Made by a program: the position numbers and the translations under genes. A stretch of 61,147 bases of DNA from Halocafeteria seosinensis. Lineage: Eukaryota. The DNA is taken from the NCBI GenBank assembly GCA_001687465.1, contig LVLI01000306.1:1-61147 (forward strand). The letters run 5' to 3'. Position 1 is the first letter of the stretch, and every line of letters begins with the position of its first letter. The notes beneath the pieces are model-generated. The model was not told the origin of the DNA. It saw only the letters and a list, made by a program, of their open reading frames with translations, and did not search any database. Positions 52,201 to 61,147 of the stretch are shown one piece after another.

Positions 52201-54090
52201 TCCAACTCTGAGTTGCCGGTTTCCTTGCCAGAGCGAGAAAGCAAAAATTTAGGAATAAAAGGCACCACCTTGACGAACACACTTACTAATAGCATTGCTG
52301 TTGAGCACGGGCGGCTGACCGACATCCCCCCTTCACCACCTACTTTTCGGGAGACCCACCATAAGATCCCGCACTCACCTCCTCCCCCACCTGGAATTGG
52401 ATCAACACCTCAGTTGGACAGCCCCTCGGCTTCTGGAATGCGTGAAAGTAACAGTAAGCAAGGAGACCGACGACGAAGATCCACCAGACGAGGGAAAAAA
52501 TTGAGCTCTTCTACCCCTCCAGGTCTTGAAATCCGATCACCGGCGTCCTCGGGAGCCTCCGAATACCGAAATAAACAAGTGCCAATCAGTGGCAAGACGA
52601 TCGAAATCGACTCCCGCACGGGGCGGAACTCAACTGTACAGAATAAGAGACAAGATGAAACAAAGCTGCTGGCAACTTGGTTCTCTGCCCTAAAGGAGGA
52701 TCCACACGATACTGAGTCCCCCGATTCAACTAATGGTTATACAGAAGAAAATTCAACATCATCTCAGTTAAATGGAAATAGCAATTTTCATGACAAGGGT
52801 CAACACAGTGAATGGACGTCGTCGACTAGAGAGTCTACCCGTCGTAAAGTCACTGTTAATGAGGGGGAGTCTTCGACGAACCTGAACGTGACGATCCCGG
52901 TTTCTGGTACTGTGGTTACACAGAGGAACAGTTTTTCTTCTGCAAGTTCAAGGCCAAGTGCAAAGACATTGGACTCAACAAATGGTTTTACAGACGGAGA
53001 AAATAATTCCATTATGAAGGAACAACACAACCAAAAATGGCCGTCCTCTTCTAGAGAGCCGTCCCACCAGAAGATCAATGTCGATGAAAAAGAGAAAGAG
53101 TCTTCAAGAAAGCTGATAGCGACAAGCCCCTTTTGTAGCACAGCAACTACTCTGGAGAACAGTTCCTCCTCCGCAAGCTCACGCCAGAATGCTGAGAGAA
53201 GTTCCCCGCTCGATGAACCGGCACGGCATCCGTCTAGTAATCGAATTGAAAACTCGGACGATGCTCGAATGCAAGGCAGACAGAGCAAACACCAGAACTT
53301 TCGAGAGATGTTTGATTCCTGGAAGCAAAAGCACACCGCTATGGATTCTACTGTTGACGAGAAACGCGGTCGATTTGCTTTGTTCGAGACGGCTCCCGGA
53401 ACCACCTTGACCGATCGAAGCGCCCGTGCTAGATCTTTACGGTACGAATCGTTCGCAAAGCAAGCAAAAGACACTCGGTTGACGGCTGGGCAAGATACTT
53501 GCTTAGAGACCGCTTCAGTAACGGACAGCCTTCGACCGGTATACAGTGATGCCGGCGAGAATGGCCGATTTACAGCGAATGTACGGCGACATGATGGGGT
53601 TACTTTGTCTGGGACACATCGAGGGCCAAACTCCTTGGAGAATACGACCCCGCGTTCTCCAACAGCATCATCGATGGAGCAACATCGCAAGCGAGAACAC
53701 TATCATTCAGTCAAACGACAGTTTCGCCGACGGTTGCATCGCTTCGTCAGAAGATTCAGCACTGTCGCTGTTCCCTTGCGAGACGCAGGTACTCTTGCTC
53801 GGTTTGACCAGTTGCACAGCCCCTCAACTCCAACTCCGGCTGACAGTTTCCGTATAAACCAACAAGGTCATCCAAACAGTTTGCATAGGTTTCCCGAACA
53901 TGTAAAGAGTGAATTCCATTTCGGTGGCAGTGGGGTTCAGCCTAGGCGTCAGCGGCGAAACAGCATACAGTGGGAACGAAGCTACGCCGATCGTTTTGGT
54001 ATCCGAAAGGCACGGTCAAGACGACCGTCGCTAACGTTTCGGGATGACACCATTCCCCATCGACGGAGAAGCACAAGTGGAATCCCATGA
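49300..54090 (+). CDS. Pro/Ser/Thr-rich low-complexity protein, 1596 aa
   Basis: 4.8-kb ORF with many polyproline runs in the first 320 aa and internal in-frame repeats. Confidence 0.8.
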   Translation: MATTAAAPSASTESKGQNRSPGPPPRIPPPPRGAQQGTSSSTENQSGSTKVPNPPKPPRSTSTKKVTPPPPPSRGGSQASTATTQSKQAAEASTVSTTKRTPPPPPRARAEVGLQGSASATRSVHTKSETGTTKPPTPPPTKSTGPTQSKTAASVKQTKPPSPPPPLKSNAQSSSPPPPPPKTRSPPVPPKSAARTTTSASISQDRSSAGPPPPPSRSTVQSEAPTSSRSTTRTKPYPPPPRSSPVPPKSVARTTTTSTSQGGSSAAPDAPASTDRSEAPSSSSVTRNKPPASPPPSSSKFPSKAPPPPPSTGNTKAPSSPLSSKGSPASGGEQRSEKPPREESDSGDASSETANRAANSKGGLPVPKRRQVGAPFRFGTEESAESAPEEESEGTSDMSASHGESTRSHVTGAYRYSATGLASSSTETPHAPSASATKGETTGDEHSPKGTASATIASDVSYSSQSTNVTDTLHELEESTDANIAAGQEPEKTATESTTGSADAQSGTVAEGVSKTVESTSQPGSYGSKTAVGTEVTTSSERETLHATQSASQSTAAERKDSRRSQNVSSSTAVARNDSRQKGFSSLRAAFEGKKAAKQKKEKVNDESTHEASTTKGTSSASGSSPNTQVHEPTRSAPIHVGLSASVSSTISSNTANFVSEAFYTSVSSTISSNAANFASQAFQTGDASVHSTAASDTDASVQSSRATMTSLGSAAVSDSPKASAGDRPTGTSGTSTVVDNTTSSPGMSNSLPLASWASVATAPVVCATSSTTIMDSTSSTTRKEGHLQRSETSTADEVGEPHIASASASVSGTLVHGNTPSVGQSGDLGTSSTTRKEGHLQLSETSTADEVRVPHTASASASVSGTLVHGNTPSVGQSGDLGTSAQSTTTSAVEIALEEPNQSDDAASSQQGSSTATSFISLTTITTYVQQDGAIFSGETENSSHGSLVADDRGESGSDTLTKQSDSNSELPVSLPERESKNLGIKGTTLTNTLTNSIAVEHGRLTDIPPSPPTFRETHHKIPHSPPPPPGIGSTPQLDSPSASGMRESNSKQGDRRRRSTRRGKKLSSSTPPGLEIRSPASSGASEYRNKQVPISGKTIEIDSRTGRNSTVQNKRQDETKLLATWFSALKEDPHDTESPDSTNGYTEENSTSSQLNGNSNFHDKGQHSEWTSSTRESTRRKVTVNEGESSTNLNVTIPVSGTVVTQRNSFSSASSRPSAKTLDSTNGFTDGENNSIMKEQHNQKWPSSSREPSHQKINVDEKEKESSRKLIATSPFCSTATTLENSSSSASSRQNAERSSPLDEPARHPSSNRIENSDDARMQGRQSKHQNFREMFDSWKQKHTAMDSTVDEKRGRFALFETAPGTTLTDRSARARSLRYESFAKQAKDTRLTAGQDTCLETASVTDSLRPVYSDAGENGRFTANVRRHDGVTLSGTHRGPNSLENTTPRSPTASSMEQHRKREHYHSVKRQFRRRLHRFVRRFSTVAVPLRDAGTLARFDQLHSPSTPTPADSFRINQQGHPNSLHRFPEHVKSEFHFGGSGVQPRRQRRNSIQWERSYADRFGIRKARSRRPSLTFRDDTIPHRRRSTSGIP
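51631..51950 (+). repeat. In-frame tandem duplication, 2 x 159 bp (53 aa)
   Basis: acaagcagtacaac(g/a)cgcaaggaaggtcac... starts at 51631 and 51790 with few mismatches. Confidence 0.95.
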
Positions 54091-54386
54091 CAGAACTATG
54101 GTACAGACAGTAAAGATCGTGGCAAATAAGGTTTCCTAATTGGTGGGCCATTTCTAGTTTGTACAGTTTATTCATTCTAGACTCAGCCAATGCAAACACC
54201 CTTTTAAGAACATCTCAGGCGGTAGATGCTGGATGAATAGCCCTCGGTTGGTTTAACAGAGCAACGTTACCTGGTGGTACGTCTAGCGAGCTCGATCTAG
54301 TTACCAGAGAGACTAGGTAGGAAACGCGGAACGCTCGGTAGTTCGTTGTACGCCGTCAATCCCGCATCCGAAGCAATATCAACTTT

Positions 54387-56112
54387 CTAATGCGGTTTTC
54401 TTTTTTTGGGATTAGGGAGAAACGCCAGGACAACTACCACCAAAATACATAGAACGAGAGCCACTATCGAGACAGTATCCACTTCTGACACAGCCGTTTC
54501 AAAGGAGACGGTTGGAGAATTGGAGGGAGGTGTACTTTCTCCGTCAGGTTTTCCCCTCGCTTTCGAACAACGTGGCCCATGACAGATTCCGTGGCTTTCA
54601 GCCAGGTTGTTCTCTAATGCCATCCGCTTTTGCAACTCGACGTATTCCTCCAAAGCCTTTCCAGATTTTTTCTGGACGAGAACGTTGGAACTGGACCAAA
54701 CCTCAGCTGCCTCTGATACACTAGCTTGTTTCTTCGTTGGCAGTTGTTCGTACGTGTCCTCTGGCTGTATGCCTTGCAGTAGCAGTTCGCCGTCCGTGTA
54801 GCCACTATATTCCCTATTTCTTCTTCTGGAATTCTGTATGCCTTCTTCAATGTTGGCTCGTAGCATTTCTTCTCTTTCATGGCTCCGGCCTCCCATCGTT
54901 CCGCCGTCAATTCCATCGTAATAAAGCATTACCTGATGAGCGTCCTTCTCGAAACCAAGTTCCACTGCAGTTGAATCCCGCGAATGTAGGTGAGGAGGCT
55001 CTGCGAGACTGATAGGATGCTCTTGCTTACGTAAAACGGATGACAAGTTTAGAAGGGTCGCCGTTTGTTCAGGATTCCAAAACAAGCTCTTCCTAAAGCA
55101 TTCAATTGCCATGTCCCATTCTCCTCTTGCATACCACATATTCCTGCATGAACGAGTACTGGTAGAGCCTGCATCTAGGGAAGCGTTGCAGCAGCAATCA
55201 CCTACCCCAAGTCGTTCCACGCTCCGGAAAGCACCACCCGTTGTTGAGGAGTGGCTATAGAGGGGGGTTCTCCAACTTTTTCGTTCTTTGCAGGGACTCT
55301 CTGCTGCTGTCCGTTGCTATCTGCCGCCAAGTGTTTGGATATTTCTTTTTCCCAGTGCTCACTGCATTGCTAAAATAGTGGCTTATTGCATGAGCGGACG
55401 CCAGATATCAATCACTTGTAATCTTACCGTTCTCCGATGGGATTGTCCCCATATATAGCCTGCTCTTGCTTGAAAATAGCCACTTCAAGTTTGGCTTGGG
55501 CAATATCGATAGGTTCGCCTGCAAGCTTTGCGATTTCTTCCAAAGCCTCTTCCATTGGAGCTGTATCGTCAAGGAGCTCTTTCTTCAGTCTTGCCTATTT
55601 TGGGAACGTTGATCAATTTGCCCGTACCTGATCGTGGAAGCTCAGATCGTCGCTTTACTGCTGTCAAGAAATCAAAGAGTCCCACGAACTCGAAGCTCTC
55701 GTAGAGCCTCCAGCTTTCATACAATTCATCTGCATAGAAAGATGCATCAAATTCTTTTTGGAAACCTGCGCAAAATTGTTTCAACTCTCGTACTGGGGTC
55801 TATATCGTCCTCTTGCCCATGATTCTGTTGCCTGCCAAAGGGATTTTCCCACTGTGTTGCCCCCGTTCGTTTGTTGTGATAGTACGGATGCCCCGAGCTT
55901 TCATCGTAGTATATTTCCCATTCACCTGGATCTTCAGGCCCAATGACGGAGGATCTGTGAATAATATTCTTCAAACTACTTCCTTCAGGTTGGATATTGC
56001 TCCCTCTATCTCGGTTAATAGCTCGTTCATGGACCTCACTGGCAGGACACGGGGTACAAAATATTGTACCCAGTATAAGAAGACATCGCGCGTACTCCCG
56101 AAAGTACCTCAT
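54387..56112 (-). CDS. Type I membrane protein with signal peptide, WW domain, TPR region and C-terminal TM plus KxKxx
   Basis: WW motif WEIYYDESSGHPYYHNKRTGATQWENP. TPR-like NMWYARGEWDMAIECFRKSLFWNP...LLNL. TM IVALVLCILVVVVLAFL. Ends KKRKPH. Several GT-AG introns. Confidence 0.7.
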
Positions 56113-56537
56113 GGTGGTGGAATATCCTATTTTCTTCAAATTGCATTAAAGTTACCTATACACGCGTTCCAAGTATCGACAGTACCAGGAGCAACTTCCA
56201 AGGTTCAAATACGAATCGCCAAGGGTAGTTGAAGTTGAAGTTCACAGTGCTTGTGTTTTTTTGGCGCATGACCAGCGGAAGTCATCCGTTTCAAGACCGT
56301 GCAAGTAGTTTCCACTACATACTAGCATGCTAGTGTCGGTTGGTTATGTGTCTGCTGTGCAAGAGACTGACGAATAGCGTCATTTCGCCCAAGATTGGCG
56401 TCAGAAACATAGGTATTGGACCTTATCGAACATCCGCGTTTTCTGCGAACTGCTACCGGCCGTCTAACGCTGTTTCTTAGGTATACAAGCCGTGGAAGAA
56501 GACTCAAGCATCGTGCAGCCACACACTGAATTATACG

Positions 56538-58255
56538 ATGGCGGACCGCGACCCGGCATTCGAGTACGAAGCCCTTCGCTGGATAGAGGATATTACAGGA
56601 GAGGTACGGTTGACATTGCCGCCACGGGATCCCCCTCCAGAATCCATACATATGAGCAAATCCATGTACAGAGTGCCGGTGGTGACTTTCAGGAAGGCCT
56701 TCAAGATGGAGTTCTTCTGTGCCAGTAAGTATTTCGAGGTTTTGGGTCGCAGGGTACAGTATGACGTTCGAACCGCAAAACGCAATACTCGTGATCCGCT
56801 GTAACAGACTAATAAATAAGATATCGCCAGGAAGTGTGCGCAAGATTAACAAACCCCCCACAATGCCATTCAAGAAGATGGTAAGTGAGGTCAGGGGGAT
56901 ATCAATCGAGAGCTCCGTTTGATATTGTCGTGTTCTTACAGGAAAACATCACAAAATATTTGAAAGCAGTCCGAAAATTTGGCGTTGATGAGTACGAGCT
57001 ATTTTCCACCAACGATCTTTATGAAGCGAAAAATCTGAAACAAGTATGACGGTTTCGATGCGATTTGACGAGCACGACGTCCTCTTGTTCATTGACTGGT
57101 GCAGGTTGCCTATCACATACATGCTTTGGGACGGACCTGTCAGGACAAGCACGATAACGACCCAAATTTCACCTGGCCTAGTGAGTGGCCTACTCTAGGA
57201 ATCAAGCTCGCGAAGAAGAATGTAAGCTATACGGTCATAATATGGACTTGATGTATTGATGTGTAAGAAGTTCTCGTGTCTCCTCAGGAGCGGAAATTTT
57301 CAGAAGCACAAATTCGGCGCGCAAAAAACACTCCCTCGGCATTGAACATGGGATCGAGTAAGATGGGAAGAGAAGCAGCAGAAGATGTCCTGGAGGGCCG
57401 TATATCTGTAAGCATGTGGGATACGCTTTGCCAAACTACCTGCGCATTTTGACATAGGTTCACTCAATTCCGCAGGAAAAGCTAAAACAGGAGCAGCAGT
57501 ACTATTCTTCACAGAAGAATGGTGACTCTGCCGAGGCATCAGCTCAGTCCACCGAGGCTGATGATAAGAAAGCCGCAGCTAAGGAGGAATGGCGAGTCAA
57601 ACAGCAATCTCAGAAGGCTGAGACGGAGAATGAGTCAAAGAAAACGGAAGAGGCTGCTCAAGGCTCGTCGGCCGCCTCTAACACTGCATCTTCCGGACAG
57701 TCAACGTCGGTGGAATCCAAAAAGCCAAAGCGTGTAGTTAAAGAAGAACGGGAAAGTCTCCCTCCCGGTTGGAAAGCAGCAGAAACTGAAGATGGGACAA
57801 AATATTACTTCAACCCTTCCACCGGGGTTACCCAATGGGAAAAGCCTGAACCTGCTGCGCCGAAGAAACCTACGGAGGAGAACCTGCCCAGCGGTTGGCG
57901 CTCGGCAACGACTGAAGATGGTAGCGTATACTACTTCAACAAGTCTACGGGAGAAAGGTCATGGACACCGCCCACAGGCCAGTCTACATCCGCCACCTCG
58001 TCCAATGTAAAGACTCCTGATGAGGACCCGGAACTTGCTGAAGGATGGCGTGCGGTTCAAACAGATGATGGACGAGAGTATTATTTCAATAAGTCCACGC
58101 GTGAAACAAGATGGGAAAAGCCACTGCGTAAGCCTAAAGTAGTGGCTGATGAGACGCTACCGCATCCCTGGCGGGCCGTGGTGACTCCCGATGGCCAAAC
58201 TTACTACCATAATAAGGAAACGAACCAGACACAATGGGAAAAACCTAATGCGTAG
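56538..58255 (+). CDS. Calponin/transgelin-type CH-domain protein fused to four WW domains (about 7 exons)
   Basis: EALRWIEDITGE|...GLQDGVLLC|LINKISPGSVRKIN...FKKM|ENITKYLKA...LFSTNDLYEAKNLKQ|V...ALGR, then RKFSEAQ...LNMGS. Four W...DG..YY.N..T....W.xP units in 57755-58250. Confidence 0.88.
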
Positions 58256-58659
58256 TCTCTAAGTTGAATGTTGTAAAAACAACTGGTGGTTTTTGTGCAA
58301 GAAGAATATACTAATGATTAATGTTGAAACCCTTCTACTGTAAGTTCTTACCACCACTACACTTGTAGGACGACTGTAGAAAACAATGTATACTTGACGT
58401 GACTCATCTTCTTCTTTCAAGCTGAGTAAACTGAGAGTAATTTAATTGGCTTGAACGCTTCCTTGGTTTTAATCAGCTAGGTGGTGTCCGGACTCTAGAA
58501 TATCCAGATCCGCTCAGCGGAACTTCTGCGGCTTCACGGTTCCGTCACAAAGCACATTACTGGATTACGTAAGTAGGCTCGTATTGTTATCAGCATCAAT
58601 TGTGATGCTGATACAGTGCACTAAGCAAGACCGCAGTGTACACAGAAGGTGACGTGACA

Positions 58660-59595
58660 ATGGGGATCCTGGACAATGTTAACCGTGTACTCTCGCTGAC
58701 GGCGGCCATCTACCTCATCGCCGCCATGCTCGACAGCTCCACCGGGTTTGGCTTCCATGTACGTCGTGAACGAGATCACGTATTCGTTTCCGGAAGGAGC
58801 TCTCATTATTATATTTTTGGATTGCAGACGCCGTTCTCATACCATCCCGTCATGATGACCATTGCGTTCGTGTTGTTTATGACTCAAGGGGTTGTATGCT
58901 ACATTACGGACTATGGGGAGACCGTACGTGCTCTATGTACTTAAGTCGTGGATTAAAGTATCTTTACCTACCTGCTTGTTGCTTGAATATGTCGCTCCAG
59001 CTCAATAATAAGTTCCCGGATAGACCGTCGAGACGCATGCTCCATGGCGCTTTCCAAATATGTGGCACCTTCTGCGCTAGTGTGGGCTATTTAATCGCCT
59101 TCGTATCGCATCAGGCCCAGGGGAAGAGCCATATAGCCGCTGATACTACTAAAGTTAGACAAGCACATGTCTGGATGGGGTATATCACCCTTGTCTTGAC
59201 ATTTATGCAAGTAAGCGCCTCTGTCATTCCGGGAAGATAATGACACCCTATCTGACGAATCGTTGATACCGCAGGCTACATTGGGATTTTACAAATTCGT
59301 TGTCAGAGTTAAGACTGGTGCAATGATCTATCACTTTCATGGGAAGATTGGACCGATTATATATGCCCTCGGCTTAGTCACAATAATCTTGGGCGTAGTG
59401 GCAGCCTTTTGCATGGACAGTCCAGCTATTGGGAGCACAATGATTGTGATACTCGCTCTTTTGGGAGTAACAGTGGTTATCCAACTAATTGTAGGACCCG
59501 GTAATGCTGTTAAGCGTGGGATAAGTTCTCATGGTGGGTATTCAGGTGACAGTCCGGGGCATAAACCATTACTTGCAGGAGGCAAAGACATGTAG
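58660..59595 (+). CDS. Cytochrome b561-family protein, 3 exons
   Basis: Four TM histidines: FSYHPVMM, MLHGAFQ, AHVWMG and FHGKIG. Confidence 0.85.
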
Positions 59596-60547
59596 TGATT
59601 AGGCCAACAGAGAAGCAAGATATTCGTTCGTTTAAGGAGAACAAGGGGGGCATTTGCCGATTTTCTCGGTGTTGCAATGATGGCTTCATGTGCGTACAGA
59701 TCCTTATCATGGCCAGAGGTTTATGGGGCCGCGCTCGTGTAGTGTGTAGAATAATGTGCACTGTGTCGAGGACTTACTGTGGCGATGCGTCTAGAAATTT
59801 CTCTGTTGTCCGACGGTCCGTTGCAATTCCTCCGAAACCCCTGCAATAACGTTTGCATTTCCCAACAATAGAATGTTACAGCCCCGTGTCAGTGAGTTAA
59901 GCTCTTGAAATGTAGCGCTACGTTGTTCACCACTAATTCCAGCAGATCATGCTGTAGTTTTAAGGAGTTTGGGGTAGCGATTCGAATCAATTAATTGCGA
60001 ATAAGCGACGATGAAGATTAAGAGTAATTCCATACCATAGTAGTTTGCTTTGGAAAACAGTCTTCAGCAATGCAATGTATTGCGAAACTACTGTGCGACT
60101 GCTTACTTTCGTTTCTGTGCGCCATACGAGTCAAGCGGAAAATGCCATGTAAAATGGAAAGCAATTAGTACCAGTGGAATGATGTTACTGATGTGACTCG
60201 TTGGAAAAGCATGAGCAGCCGTCACACGGAGCCGTGACGGGCTGCCCGGCTGTGAGTCAGCCTGTGACGGTCACTGACGAACCTCGTGTCGCGCGCCGCC
60301 AGGCGGCCGCCTTACCAGAATAGAATTGTAATTGTAACACGATTGCCTCCAACAGACAGTTTGGCTTCCATTGGGTTAGGGTAGACACTGCGATAATGTG
60401 GTAGCCAGCATTGATGACAACGACTTGCTAGGGTTAATACTATGTCATAAACGGCCGCCAACTTCCACCGTGAGCTTCACAGTATTGTCATATCACTGAT
60501 ACTCGAGAACATCCTTTTTTTTTTGGCACATACGTGAGGTCCTTACA

Positions 60548-61147
60548 ATGCAATCTAGCCCATATAACGCACGTAGTACATCCATGCGTAAGCTGGAAAG
60601 AACTCTAACGGAGCTTCGACCAAGATATTCACCACCGCTGGATGAGAAGCTGTACTGGGACGAGGTCGCGCGCGCGTTTGAATTGTCATTGAGTCTTAAA
60701 CCCTTGTATGGAGGATCTGTTCACACGAAGAAGACTGAAAGAAGTGCATGCAATGATGATAAAGAACGTTATGATTCGTTTGTCGAACGGACACCTCGGA
60801 GCGAACTACATGCACTAAGGGTCACTGCGGACGCTGGAAGCCCTAATCTCAATGAAGACAATCAAGAAGAGGGGATTAGAAAAACTGATGACATTGGCGA
60901 TCACATACCGGAATGTGACGGAAAATCAAATGAGCACTTGCCGGAGAATGTTTCTTTCGAAGAAGCTGGAGTTCTATACTCCTGCTCGAGTGATGAGAGA
61001 GTCGAAAACAACGACGGTGTGCGACATGAAAACGTCGAGAATCGGCAGCACCACTCTTCGCAACTTGCAACGTCACCCGTTTCATCTGTTCCCAGTCCTA
61101 TAGAAGCACAGGATACAGATGTAAGCTCTGTTAGCTCTGCTAAAGAG
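60548..61147 (+). CDS. 5' part of a hypothetical protein running off the window end
   Basis: Frame open from ATG 60548 (MQSSPYNARSTSMRKLERTL...) to the last base. It is absent from the ORF track because it lacks a stop codon. Confidence 0.55.
   Translation, partial: MQSSPYNARSTSMRKLERTLTELRPRYSPPLDEKLYWDEVARAFELSLSLKPLYGGSVHTKKTERSACNDDKERYDSFVERTPRSELHALRVTADAGSPNLNEDNQEEGIRKTDDIGDHIPECDGKSNEHLPENVSFEEAGVLYSCSSDERVENNDGVRHENVENRQHHSSQLATSPVSSVPSPIEAQDTDVSSVSSAKE

Overview
This is a gene-dense eukaryotic (protist) window with short GT-AG introns, mostly about 55-100 nt. The six-frame ORF track fragments most genes, so I re-spliced them by eye. Histone sequences (H3 [12 protein letters not shown]2B MAKTPSK...[12 protein letters not shown]) suggest a stramenopile, which is an inference. 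About 26 genes are supportable. Confident calls are SAR1, ING, H2B/H3/H4, an FKBP, a MAK/ICK kinase, DBR1, ribophorin I, a mitochondrial carrier, a Cid1-family nucleotidyltransferase, cytochrome b561 and a GCR1/cAMP-receptor-like GPCR. The most notable signals are: (1) a variant 3' stem-loop, AAAC-GGTGTTT-NNN-AAACACC-(A/C)CC, after all three intronless histone genes, with no H2A in the cluster; (2) two signal-peptide-bearing ROX/Cupin_4-like JmjC paralogs with three shared intron positions; (3) candidate PHTF-like (7TM ion-channel superfamily), VEPH1/Melted-like and YjgN/DUF898-like proteins; (4) unusual architectures (signal peptide-PDZ-PDZ-PA, signal peptide-WW-TPR-TM, calponin CH-4xWW, stand-alone BRCT); and (5) several local duplication scars, including a genomic ING fragment inserted between direct repeats. 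I recognised no rRNA, tRNA, CRISPR array or transposase. All family assignments come from remembered motifs, not database searches.
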